Origin: Deltaproteobacteria bacterium
Lineage (GTDB): Bacteria > Desulfobacterota > Desulfobaccia > Desulfobaccales > 0-14-0-80-60-11
DNA length: 64,000 nucleotides
Direction of reading: 5' to 3'
Assembly (NCBI GenBank): GCA_021813445.1
Contig: JAKAKP010000012.1
Coordinates: 375 to 64,374 of the forward strand
The translations under genes were made by a program, and so were the position numbers. A model generated the notes under the pieces. It saw only the letters and a list, made by a program, of their open reading frames with translations, searched no databases and had not been told where the DNA came from. Positions 48,143-57,063 of this stretch are shown here, one piece after another (positions within the stretch are counted from its first letter, which is position 1; every line of letters starts with the position of its first letter).

Positions 48143-48715
48143 TTACTTCCCCGTTTCGGCCTCGATATCCTCCTCTTTGGCTGCCTTGCTTTTTGCATGG
48201 CTATGCTCATAAACTCTATGCGCGAAATCCTCGAATATCTTTTCGCACTTTTTCACCTTTTCAGTCGCGGTCTTTCGCAAAGGCGGCTTTATTATATCTC
48301 TTTTCTCCACCTTTCTTAGCCACTGCTTCAGTTTGTCCAGTTCCTCTTCGTTTTCTTCCACTTCCGCGAAGATGAAATTCTGGCGGCCAATTTCATATTC
48401 TATCTCTTTGAAGAAGTCCTCACATTTTTCAATAATCTCTTGGTATTCTTCATTGCGCGAGTCGATAAAGGCCTTGATGATGCCTTCCTCCTGGCCTTTC
48501 AGCAAAATATTCCCTGCTATGAGCAGACCGGCACCGCTATATTTTTCGATGTCCTCTATGAGTTTCTTAAGTTCATGCAAACGTTCGGCGGAGTGGGGGA
48601 TGGCCCAGACCGATTGGTAGTTAACCGCACCCAGCTTCCGCAACTGCCGCCAGACGTAAACCCTGGCCTTGGAGGGTTCGGCCGGGAGGCTATAAGAAAA
48701 GAACAACCATTTCAT
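48143..48715 (-). CDS. ChrB-like (chromate resistance N-terminal domain) protein
   Basis: MKWLFFSYSLPAEPSKARVYVWRQLRKLGAVNYQSVWAIP matches the ChrB N-terminal signature as I recall it. The rest of the protein is glutamate-rich and helical. The gene is AT-rich. Confidence 0.6.
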   Translation of the reverse strand: MKWLFFSYSLPAEPSKARVYVWRQLRKLGAVNYQSVWAIPHSAERLHELKKLIEDIEKYSGAGLLIAGNILLKGQEEGIIKAFIDSRNEEYQEIIEKCEDFFKEIEYEIGRQNFIFAEVEENEEELDKLKQWLRKVEKRDIIKPPLRKTATEKVKKCEKIFEDFAHRVYEHSHAKSKAAKEEDIEAETGK

Positions 48716-48750
48716 GTGGATACCATGACAGCAAACCAAATTGATGTCAA

Positions 48751-49914
48751 TCATTTAGGACATGCGGCCGGCGTCAGCTTGGGGACGACCAGGTACATCC
48801 CTAAGGCGCTTAAGATCCCCGCGGCGCCGCCGAAGTAGAAAGTGGCTTCTGGGCTGAACATCCTCCATAGCAACCCGCCGACCACCGAGGCCGGCAACAG
48901 GCCGATGCCGACGAGGGTCGCATGCACCCCCAGCATGGTGGCCCGGCTCTCCCCGGGGCATAGCTCTGCCACCAGGGCCTTTTCGATCCCTTCCGTCAGC
49001 CCGCTGTAAAGCCCGTAAATGCCGAACAGACCCCAGACATGCAAGGTTTCGTGGGCCGCGGAGAAACCGAGATAGACCAGGCCATAGAAAAGATATCCGC
49101 AAACCAGAAGCGTTTTTCTGCCGATGTGATCGGAAAGCCTCCCCGCAGGATAAGCACTCAAGGCATAAACGACGTTGTAGAGCAGATAAAGCAGGATGAT
49201 GTCTTCCGTCTTAAAACCCAGATATTTTGCGCGCAGGAGCAGGAATTGGTTGGAAGAGTTCCCCAGGGTGAAGAGGAAAGCCACCAGGAAAAAGGCCTTG
49301 AGTCGGGGATTAAGGTTTCGCCAGGCCGCCAGGGGATGAACCTTCGCCAACCTTATTTGGGGCTTTTTCTCCTTGAGGCTGAAAAGCAAAAGGACCCCAA
49401 TAATTCCGGGAATCATGGAATATAAAAATATCCTGGTGTATTGCCCATGAGTGGTCGTGAAGAGGAAATAGGCGATGGCAATGCCCACCACGGCCCCGAA
49501 AGTGTCGAGAGCCCGGTGCAGGCCGAAGGAATGACCGAGCCGGCCGTCAGCAGAAGCTTCGGCAATCAGCGCGTCTCGCGGCGCGGTGCGCACTCCTTTG
49601 CCGAACCGGTCGATCACCCGGCCCCATAACACCCAGGACCAAGAAGTGGAAAGATAAAGGAAGACCCTGCCGATCGTCGCCGAACTATAACCCAAGATAG
49701 CCAAGGGCTTGCGTCTCTGCACCCTATCGGAAACGTAGCCGGAATAGGTCTTAAGAAGGCTGGCCAGGCTTTCGGCGATGCCTTCGATGGTGCCGACAAT
49801 GGCAGGAGTCGTCCCCAGGGTGGTGGTGAGATAAAGGGCCAGGAGCGGATAGACCATTTCGCTGCTGATGTCCGTAAGCAGACTGACAAAACCCAGAATT
49901 AAAACCGTGCGCAT
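48751..49914 (-). CDS. MFS transporter
   Basis: 387 aa with about 12 TM segments and an MFS loop motif (GRVIDRFGKG / GRLSDHIGRK). Confidence 0.85.
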   Translation of the reverse strand: MRTVLILGFVSLLTDISSEMVYPLLALYLTTTLGTTPAIVGTIEGIAESLASLLKTYSGYVSDRVQRRKPLAILGYSSATIGRVFLYLSTSWSWVLWGRVIDRFGKGVRTAPRDALIAEASADGRLGHSFGLHRALDTFGAVVGIAIAYFLFTTTHGQYTRIFLYSMIPGIIGVLLLFSLKEKKPQIRLAKVHPLAAWRNLNPRLKAFFLVAFLFTLGNSSNQFLLLRAKYLGFKTEDIILLYLLYNVVYALSAYPAGRLSDHIGRKTLLVCGYLFYGLVYLGFSAAHETLHVWGLFGIYGLYSGLTEGIEKALVAELCPGESRATMLGVHATLVGIGLLPASVVGGLLWRMFSPEATFYFGGAAGILSALGMYLVVPKLTPAACPK

Positions 49915-50313
49915 CGGGTTGGTCCTCCGGCAACATAATTACACTTGGAAAGTGTACAGAGCTTAGACGGATGGCCCTTATTTAACTGCCAGGAGCCATG
50001 AATTGACGTTTCCTTTTCCTTTTGCTCCTCCCCTGAATAAAGAAACTGTAATATATATTACTTATATATAATTAAATATCAAGGAAAATAATGTAACAAT
50101 GGTCACATTTATCAATGGCAAAGGGGAAGACCAAGCCTTTCATGATTAGACCGACTTTACGAGCTTTAATATATTTGCTTGGGACGTGGATTAGCGCCGA
50201 AACTGCGTCTTACGAGGCGATGATAATCGATATCATGCTGCCGTGGATGGGAGCCGCCGGTGGGGCAATGGCTGTAACAGCGCTATCGGCAACTGCTGTT
50301 TTTGAGGAATCAA

Positions 50314-51534
50314 TTACATGCCCTTGCCGGTCTCCTGGACGGCCCGTTCCATTTCCGCTTCCAAGGCGGCAGGCAAGCCTTCAATCTTAACCTTGAGGAA
50401 CCCGCGGACGATAGTGGAAATGGCCTCGTCTTCGTCCAGGCCGCGGGCCATGAGGTACTCCACTTCCTCCGCAGCGATTTTGCCTACTGCGGCTTCGTGG
50501 GACATATCCACCCCAGCCACCTGGCCCTCCAGTTCCGGGATGGCGTAGATGATGCCCTTAGGGGAGAGGATAAGCCCGCGACATTCCAGGTGGGCTTTGA
50601 TCTCAGGGGCCTGGCCGATCAGGTGGCCGCGGCTGATACATTTTCCGCCCACGGTGAGGCTGCGGGCGATGACTTCAGCCCGGGTTTTGGGGGCCTGCAG
50701 GATTACCCGGCCGCCAATATCAAGTTCGGAGCCCGGGTGAGCGATGAGGATGGAATTGAGGCGCGTCACCGCCCCCGGTCCGGCCAGGGTCACGGTGGGG
50801 TAGGTTTGCACCGTCTTCACCGGCTTGAGGAGGATATAGTTGGATATGAAGATGCCGCCCTCTTCCACCCAGACCCCGGTACGAGGCCGCACATGGACGT
50901 CTTCTGCCCAGGTGTGGATCATAGTAAAGGTAAGCTGCCCCCCGGCCCGTACGTAGAACTCCGAAACCCCGACGTGGAGGCCTGAGTGCACCGCGGGATG
51001 GGTGGTGCAGCCGGTGATGATATGCATCTGGGCTCCGGGTTCGACAATTACCAGATTATGGAGATATTGGGCGAAGAGGTTGGTGCGCAGGTAGAGGCAG
51101 GACTCCACCGGCTGGTCCAGGTGCACCCCGGGTAATACTCGAGTGAAGTAACCGTTGTCCAACTCCAGTTCCGCCCGGGCCGTATACTTATCGGCATCCA
51201 CGGCCACCAGGCGCCAGAGGTAATCAGACACCCAATCATAACGGCTCATGGCCTCGGTGATGGGCAAAACCTCCACGCCTGGCTGACTGGCGCGGCAGTG
51301 CACCACTTTGGCGTCGGCCTGCAGGAAGGTGCCGGCATGCTCCTCGTCGGTCAACTCAATACCGGCTTTGAGCAGATGCTGCCGCTCCTCAGAAGAGAAT
51401 TGGCGGTACTCGGGATCGTAAGCCCAGTCCTCGCTCTGGCGGGAGAATTCCTCCAGGTTGAGATCGGCTCCCAATGCAGCTTTCTTCTCCCTGCTCCTGA
51501 TGGCGCGGGTTTTTATCTCAGACATCGGGCGCAC
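50314..51534 (-). CDS. Fe-S cluster assembly scaffold, SufB/SufD family
   Basis: 406 aa with the C-terminal signature HLECRGLILS...IPELE...DMSHEAAVGKIAAEEVEYLMARGL. Confidence 0.85.
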   Translation of the reverse strand: MRPMSEIKTRAIRSREKKAALGADLNLEEFSRQSEDWAYDPEYRQFSSEERQHLLKAGIELTDEEHAGTFLQADAKVVHCRASQPGVEVLPITEAMSRYDWVSDYLWRLVAVDADKYTARAELELDNGYFTRVLPGVHLDQPVESCLYLRTNLFAQYLHNLVIVEPGAQMHIITGCTTHPAVHSGLHVGVSEFYVRAGGQLTFTMIHTWAEDVHVRPRTGVWVEEGGIFISNYILLKPVKTVQTYPTVTLAGPGAVTRLNSILIAHPGSELDIGGRVILQAPKTRAEVIARSLTVGGKCISRGHLIGQAPEIKAHLECRGLILSPKGIIYAIPELEGQVAGVDMSHEAAVGKIAAEEVEYLMARGLDEDEAISTIVRGFLKVKIEGLPAALEAEMERAVQETGKGM

Positions 51535-52235
51535 TCCTCGTAGCCGTATTGCTTGAGATGCTGGAGAATTTCCCGGGGATTGCCCTGACAGGGGATTTTC
51601 CCGTCCAGCATGATGTAGCCGCGGTCAGCATTGATGTAATCCAGGATGAAGCCGGTGTGGGTGATAATCAAGCCGGATTTTTCCCGGTGCCCCCGGCGCC
51701 GGTCTTTCTGCAGCAGCCGGCCGATGATCTCCCCGACCACCTCCAGGTTCTCCAGGTCCACCCCCGATTCGGGTTCATCCAACAGCACCATAGAAGGGTC
51801 TTGGGCCAGCAATTGCAGGAGTTCCGAACGCTTCAACTCGCCGCCGGAAAAGCCGTAATTAACTTCCCGGTCCAAAAAAGAGGTGAAGTTGTATTGCTCC
51901 ACCAGGGGCATATAAGGCTTTGTTCCCGAACAGGCGAAAAGGATATCCCGAGTCTTCACCCCGCGGATGGAAGGAGGACGCTGAAAGGCCAGCCCCAATC
52001 CCAGGCGGGCCCGCTCATAAGTAGGCAATTGGGTGATATCCCGGCCCTGAAGGAAAATCTTCCCCTGCTTCACTTGATAGCTCTGAAAACCCATGATGGT
52101 CATGAGCAGAGTGGATTTTCCGGAGCCATTCTTGCCGAACAGGACATGAGTCTCCCCCACAGGGATATGCAGGTTGACGCCTTTTAATATTTCCTTGCCG
52201 GCAATGCTCACCCATAGATCTTCAATCTTGAGCAT
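51513..52235 (-). CDS. sufC: Fe-S cluster assembly ATPase SufC
   Basis: Walker A GKNGSGKST, signature FSGGELKR and Walker B VLLDEPESG. It overlaps the SufBD start. Confidence 0.9.
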   Translation of the reverse strand: MLKIEDLWVSIAGKEILKGVNLHIPVGETHVLFGKNGSGKSTLLMTIMGFQSYQVKQGKIFLQGRDITQLPTYERARLGLGLAFQRPPSIRGVKTRDILFACSGTKPYMPLVEQYNFTSFLDREVNYGFSGGELKRSELLQLLAQDPSMVLLDEPESGVDLENLEVVGEIIGRLLQKDRRRGHREKSGLIITHTGFILDYINADRGYIMLDGKIPCQGNPREILQHLKQYGYEECARCLR

Positions 52236-52590
52236 AGTAATGCCCCCGTTGCATTTTTATGGGGAGAAGATTCTTTTCAGCTTGCTCAACCGCTTTCAGA
52301 CATTATTCATGAATATAGTTATGTCCAGCGGCCATCTCAATCCCATACCTTTTTGGCCGCAGGAAAGACAGCAAAAAGTGGCTTCCCACCGGGCGATTCT
52401 TGCCGTAACGCTCCTTGGTAACTTTTTTGATATCCTTGTCTTTCATATAGCGGAATGAGAATTTGCCATTCCTTTCATAACCGGATATCCGCATTATAGA
52501 TTACATAACCAGAAGAGAAGGAAAAACCGGTGCGCCCCGGTAACCTTTCTGCCTGAGACTAAAGAGTTCTTTTCAAGAAGGCCTCTGTAA

Positions 52591-53469
52591 TTACCGAGAG
52601 GTAGGCGGGATCAAGAGAACCGGGCAAGTGGCCAGCCGGGAGACATTATGGGCCACGCTGCCTAAAAACAGCTCCTTGATAAACCCCTTCCCTTGTGTCC
52701 CCATGAGGATAAGAGTAATTTTTTGTGATTCCAGGGTCTGGAGGATAGCAGGAAGGGGATGCCCCGGGGCAAAGTGATCATTGACTAGGGGAATTCCCGC
52801 CTGCAGCAGGCGATCCTTCCAACGCCGCAGCAGGTTCCGGACCGCGTCTGCGGCGATCTCCTGGTAGCCCTCGGGGTATGCTTCATGTTCTGGCAGGTCC
52901 AGGGCGCTGAGCAAGGTTACCTGGCCTAGTCCTTTAGCGGCTAAATTCTCCAGAAATTCACCGGCTCGCACCCCAATTTCAGAAAAATCGGAGGGAAAGA
53001 GGACATGGCGTAACAATGAGCCGCAATGCAGACTGCAGGCAGCCTCTCCCTGGTCCTCCTTTTTAACCCGCACATTAATGAGCAGGGTAGGATACTTGAT
53101 GTGATGGAGCACCGCACAGGTAAAGCAGCCCAGCACCGCCTCCCGCCACAGGGCGGTGCCGTGGGAGCCCACTACAATCAGGTCGGCGCCATGGCGACAG
53201 GCGATGTCATTCAAGGAATAAGCAGGCAAGCCGATGGGCATCTCCACTTCCACCTGCAATCCCTGGGCTTCCAGTTGCCGCCGTTGCGCCTCCAATTTGG
53301 GTCGGACATCTGCCCGGAGCATTTCCTCCAAGCCCACCAGGAACTTGGCCACGATGACGTTGGTCAGGATCACCCGGGAACACCCCAGAGCCTTTAACTC
53401 GCCGGCGCAGGCGATGATCTCACCCCAGGCCGGCGACATGTCGGTGGCCAAGACGATGGTCTGAAACAC
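52591..53469 (-). CDS. Universal stress protein, tandem Usp domains
   Basis: 292 aa with two Usp halves. It starts 4 nt after the acr3 stop. Confidence 0.8.
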   Translation of the reverse strand: MFQTIVLATDMSPAWGEIIACAGELKALGCSRVILTNVIVAKFLVGLEEMLRADVRPKLEAQRRQLEAQGLQVEVEMPIGLPAYSLNDIACRHGADLIVVGSHGTALWREAVLGCFTCAVLHHIKYPTLLINVRVKKEDQGEAACSLHCGSLLRHVLFPSDFSEIGVRAGEFLENLAAKGLGQVTLLSALDLPEHEAYPEGYQEIAADAVRNLLRRWKDRLLQAGIPLVNDHFAPGHPLPAILQTLESQKITLILMGTQGKGFIKELFLGSVAHNVSRLATCPVLLIPPTSR

Positions 53470-53473
53470 GGCT

Positions 53474-54556
53474 CTAACCCTTTATTCCTGCCGCCGGCTG
53501 GCAAACCGGGGGAGCAAAATATTTTTCTCTGAATCGCAAAGCTACATTCACCAGGCTGATCAGCACCGGCACCTCCACCAGCGGGCCGATAACCGCAGCA
53601 AATGCCTCACCCGACTGCAAGCCGAAGACCGCCACCGCCACCGCGATGGCCAGTTCAAAGTTATTGCTGGCGGCAGTAAACGACAGGGTGGCGGAAATGC
53701 GATACCCGGCCCCGACCTTGGCCGACATATAAAATGTCACAAAGAACATGATGAAGAAATAGATGGTCAGAGGGATGGCGATGCGCACCACGTCAAGGGG
53801 AAGCTGCACAATATATTCGCCCTTCAGAGAGAACATCACCACGATGGTGAATAAGAGGGCAATGAGGGTGATGGGGCTGATTTTCGGCAGGAATTTTTCT
53901 TCATACCATTTGATCCCCTTGCGTTTGACCAGGAAGAAGCGGGTAAGCATACCGCCGAAAAAGGGGATGCCCAGGTAGATCAAAACGCTTTCCGCTACTT
54001 GCAGGATGGTGACCTTGACTTCCAGGCCCGAGGCGATCCCCAGCCAGGCGGGGACCACGGTGACGAAGATGTAGGCATAGACGGAGAAGAACAACATCTG
54101 AAAGATGGAGTTAAAGGCCACCAGGCCGGCGCAATATTCCGTGTCGCCCTGGGCCAGGTCGTTCCAGACGATGACCATGGCGATGCAGCGGGCCAGGCCG
54201 ATGATGATCAGGCCTACCATGTAGTGGGGGTAGCCCTGGAGAAAGGCGATGGCCAGCAGGAACATGAGGATGGGACCGATTACCCAGTTCTGGATTAAAG
54301 AGAGGGCCAAGACCTTAAAGTTTTTAAAGACTTGGGGTAGTTCTTCGTAGCGCACCTTGGCCAGGGGTGGATACATCATCAGGATCAGGCCGATGGCGAT
54401 GGGAATATTGGTGGTCCCCACTTGAAAGTACGTCAGAAGTTTGGTGAACCCGGGCAGGAAATAACCGAGCAAGACCCCGGCAGCCATGGTTAAAAAGATC
54501 CACAAGGTGAGGAACCGCTCTACGAAACCCAAGCGTTTGGCAAGTGTGGCGGCCAT
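53474..54556 (-). CDS. acr3: ACR3-family arsenite efflux permease
   Basis: [21 protein letters not shown] and [12 protein letters not shown]. The ORF is open from GTG 54571, but ATG 54556 has a GGAG RBS. Confidence 0.9.
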   Translation of the reverse strand: MAATLAKRLGFVERFLTLWIFLTMAAGVLLGYFLPGFTKLLTYFQVGTTNIPIAIGLILMMYPPLAKVRYEELPQVFKNFKVLALSLIQNWVIGPILMFLLAIAFLQGYPHYMVGLIIIGLARCIAMVIVWNDLAQGDTEYCAGLVAFNSIFQMLFFSVYAYIFVTVVPAWLGIASGLEVKVTILQVAESVLIYLGIPFFGGMLTRFFLVKRKGIKWYEEKFLPKISPITLIALLFTIVVMFSLKGEYIVQLPLDVVRIAIPLTIYFFIMFFVTFYMSAKVGAGYRISATLSFTAASNNFELAIAVAVAVFGLQSGEAFAAVIGPLVEVPVLISLVNVALRFREKYFAPPVCQPAAGIKG

Positions 54557-54592
54557 AAGTGCTCCTATCACTTTGATATCTGTATAACCGAT

Positions 54593-54609
54593 TTATTAAT
54601 TATTAATAA
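54593..54609. promoter_or_regulatory. Perfect 8-1-8 palindrome TTATTAAT-T-ATTAATAA in the acr3 promoter region (candidate operator or -10 region)
   Basis: Read directly. It lies 37-53 nt upstream of the acr3 ATG. Confidence 0.3.
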
Positions 54610-54869
54610 GCAAAAAAATTATGGTTCAGTAAGCAACTGCGGGGTCTTCTTGCCGCCGGGGTTCAGCCTTAATGCCTAAAGAGTTGCCGTTTGGCTTCCA
54701 GGCGACGGTCCAGATTCCCCCTCAGGACCCGGGCCGCTGGCAAAGGCGCCAGCATCTCTGCCGGCTGTAAAGAATCGCGCCGCTGCCCGTATTGAGATTT
54801 CTTATTAACCGGATAAGCGAATAAGGCAAGATAAAAAAAATATAATTAAACGAGGCAAGAACAAACAGC

Positions 54870-55241
54870 TTAGCGGCATTGGCAAGCGGCGGCGCCTTCT
54901 TTGTCCTGTCCCTTCGCGGCCAGCCACTGTTCCAAATGTTCCCGCAATTCCTGAGCTTCAGGGCGGGATTTCAGAATGTCCGCCAACAGCTTGAGCTGCT
55001 TATCTTCCGGGCTGCCGGGGGAGACGCTAAGTCGATAGTTCATCCACACCCCCGCCCGCCGGTCAGTGACCCAGCCCAGGTGGTAGAGGTAGCGCAAGTG
55101 CCTGGAGGCCTTGGACTGGGTAATGCCCAACACCCCCATGATATCGCAGACGCAGAGCTCCTCTTTAGCCATTAACAGCCAGATAATCCTCAGTCTGGTT
55201 TCATCCGCCAAGGACTTAAAGAGTTGGGCTTCCTTTTTCAT
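54870..55241 (-). CDS. arsR: ArsR/SmtB-family metalloregulator
   Basis: Winged HTH with the As(III)-binding ELCVCDI motif. Confidence 0.9.
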   Translation of the reverse strand: MKKEAQLFKSLADETRLRIIWLLMAKEELCVCDIMGVLGITQSKASRHLRYLYHLGWVTDRRAGVWMNYRLSVSPGSPEDKQLKLLADILKSRPEAQELREHLEQWLAAKGQDKEGAAACQCR

Positions 55242-55248
55242 AACTTAA

Positions 55249-55277
55249 CTAATAACCGGATAACCGGATATTGTCAA
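55249..55277 (-). promoter_or_regulatory. Candidate arsR promoter TTGACA-N17-TATTAG with a tandem ATCCGGTT repeat in the spacer; the transcript would be leaderless
   Basis: The -35 is at 55272-55277 and the -10 at 55249-55254 on the minus strand. Only 7 nt separate the -10 from ATG 55241, and no SD sequence is present. Confidence 0.4.
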
Positions 55278-55421
55278 GGTAAATTATGGCTGTCAGGTTG
55301 CAAGTACCTTCATTTACCCTAAGCGACTTAAAAATCACCCCATCAGTCAATAAAGACCAGGGTAAAGGACCCGGATCACCTTGCGAATAGTCTCTGCCAG
55401 CATCTTGTCCTGGCACTGGCG

Positions 55422-55538
55422 CTAAGACCTCAAGGCGCCATTCACCATGGTCTGATAATTGCAACCGCCTCCTTCATTAGCCTTCTCTCGAAACCGGTTC
55501 AAGGTGTCGGCGACGGTGCGTATGGTGATGCGCACTTT
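55422..55538 (-). pseudogene. BrnA-type antitoxin C-terminal remnant
   Basis: GKVRITIRTVADTLNRFREKANEGGGCNYQTMVNGALRS resembles the BrnA RHH-type signature (ritiRld.dvl.wf....GYQT.iN.aLR). Confidence 0.4.
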
Positions 55539-55580
55539 GCCAGGCTGGGCAGGAGCGACCGGACCACCCTTGCCCCCGTT

Positions 55581-55799
55581 AGACGGAGGCAACTCCACCG
55601 GCTCGAAAGAACCCCAATCCAAGGATTTCTTTTGATGCCAGTGGCGTTGTCAGAAGTGATGATAGTTCTTGGCCTTTCGACTTTCACATTTCAATTGGCA
55701 CGGTCCCCCAAATAATTGCAGGGCTTTGCTGACGCTATGGTTAAATTCCAAGGCATAAAACTGTCCGGACCGGGGACATACCAGGCCGTAGACATTCAT
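55581..55799 (-). mobile_element. Degraded IS630/Tc1-mariner-family transposase fragment
   Basis: MNVYGLVCPRSGQFYALEF... and, across a stop and a frameshift, IITSDNAT / WHQKKSLDWGSFEPVELPP match the DDE region (DNAxxH...LPPYSP). The internal TGA is at 55650-55652. Confidence 0.5.
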
Positions 55800-56133
55800 G
55801 CTTTATTGTAAAATCTTATTAAGATAATTTTTTCGATAAAAGATTTTGACAAATGCTATAAATTAAGAATAAAAATTTCCTTAACCAGGTCAGGAGAGGC
55901 GATTCGGGGCAGAAGCAGCAATCGCCGCCGCAGAATCTAAGGCTTAAGCTATCTGGCTTACAAACCTATATCCTCGAAGGGGGCTACCAATCTCTTCAGC
56001 TTCAATCCTTATTCATAAATTAGGGTAACGCGAATCGCGGCGGATGCTAATTTCTATCCTTCCCGCCAAAGTTAGCTTCGGCCACATACCGGTGCAATCT
56101 TAAATCAAATAACGGAAAGACCGGTGAGTACCG

Positions 56134-57051
56134 ATGAAGCAGCAGCGATTATACGTAAATTATCTGTCGTCATTGATCTGCACCATCGTCGTTTCTCTGA
56201 TCATCTTTGGTTTGGAAAGACCTGTCTCGGGCTTGGACCTGCCGGAAATTCTGCAGAAAGGGGAATTGCGGCACCTGGGGGTGCCGTACGCCAATTTCGT
56301 CACCGGGAGCGGGGACGGCTTGGATGTAGATTTAATAAAATTCTTCGCGCAACACTTAGGGGTGCGCTACCGCTATGTCAAATCTTCCTGGGAAGAGGTG
56401 TTGGCGGACCTCACGGGGAAAAAAGTCAGGCCGCGAGGCGATGAGGTGGAAGTTCTGGAGGAAGTTCCCATTAAAGGAGACATCGTCGCCAATGGCCTGA
56501 CCATTCTCGCCTGGAGAGAGAAGGTGGCGGATTTCTCCGCCCCGGTTTTCCCCACCCAGGTCTGGTTAATCGCCCGGGCCGATTCCTCCCTGAAACCCAT
56601 TAAACCCGGTGGCCGCCTCGACAGGGATATCAACGCAGTTAAGGCCTTACTCCGGGGGCGACAAGTCCTGGGAAAGTTGAATACCTGTCTTGATCCATGT
56701 CTATTCCACCTGGGAAAAGAGGGGGCCAAGGTCTTATCCTTTGAGGGAAAATTGAACGAATTGGCTCCGGCGGTCATTAAGGGGAAAGCTGAGCTGACTT
56801 TGTTGGACGTTCCCGACGCCCTGATCGCCTTGGAAAAATGGCCTGGAAAGATCAAGGTGATCGGCCCCATTTCTCCCAGACAGGAGGTGGGGTGCGCTTT
56901 CGCCAAGACCTCTCCGCAGTTGCGGGAAGCTTTTAACCGCTTCTTCGAGGGAATCAAACAGGATGGGACTTACCTGGCCCTCGTGCGCAAATACTATCCG
57001 TCGGCACTGCGCCATTTCCCCGAGTTCTTTAAGGAAGGTACTGGAAAATAG
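56134..57051 (+). CDS. Periplasmic substrate-binding protein (family-3 SBP / MltF-like domain)
   Basis: 305 aa with an N-terminal TM/signal segment. The fold pattern is LRHLGVPYANFV...GLDVDL...GDIVANGLTI.... Confidence 0.7.
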   Translation: MKQQRLYVNYLSSLICTIVVSLIIFGLERPVSGLDLPEILQKGELRHLGVPYANFVTGSGDGLDVDLIKFFAQHLGVRYRYVKSSWEEVLADLTGKKVRPRGDEVEVLEEVPIKGDIVANGLTILAWREKVADFSAPVFPTQVWLIARADSSLKPIKPGGRLDRDINAVKALLRGRQVLGKLNTCLDPCLFHLGKEGAKVLSFEGKLNELAPAVIKGKAELTLLDVPDALIALEKWPGKIKVIGPISPRQEVGCAFAKTSPQLREAFNRFFEGIKQDGTYLALVRKYYPSALRHFPEFFKEGTGK

Positions 57052-57063
57052 CCTGGGATCCGT

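Noticed and set aside
52303-52494. 63-aa ORF (MRISGYERNGKFSFRY...) in the AT-rich gap upstream of sufC
   Set aside because: It has no RBS and no recognisable family. Its composition is consistent with a chance ORF in AT-rich promoter DNA. It is left unannotated, though a small protein cannot be excluded.
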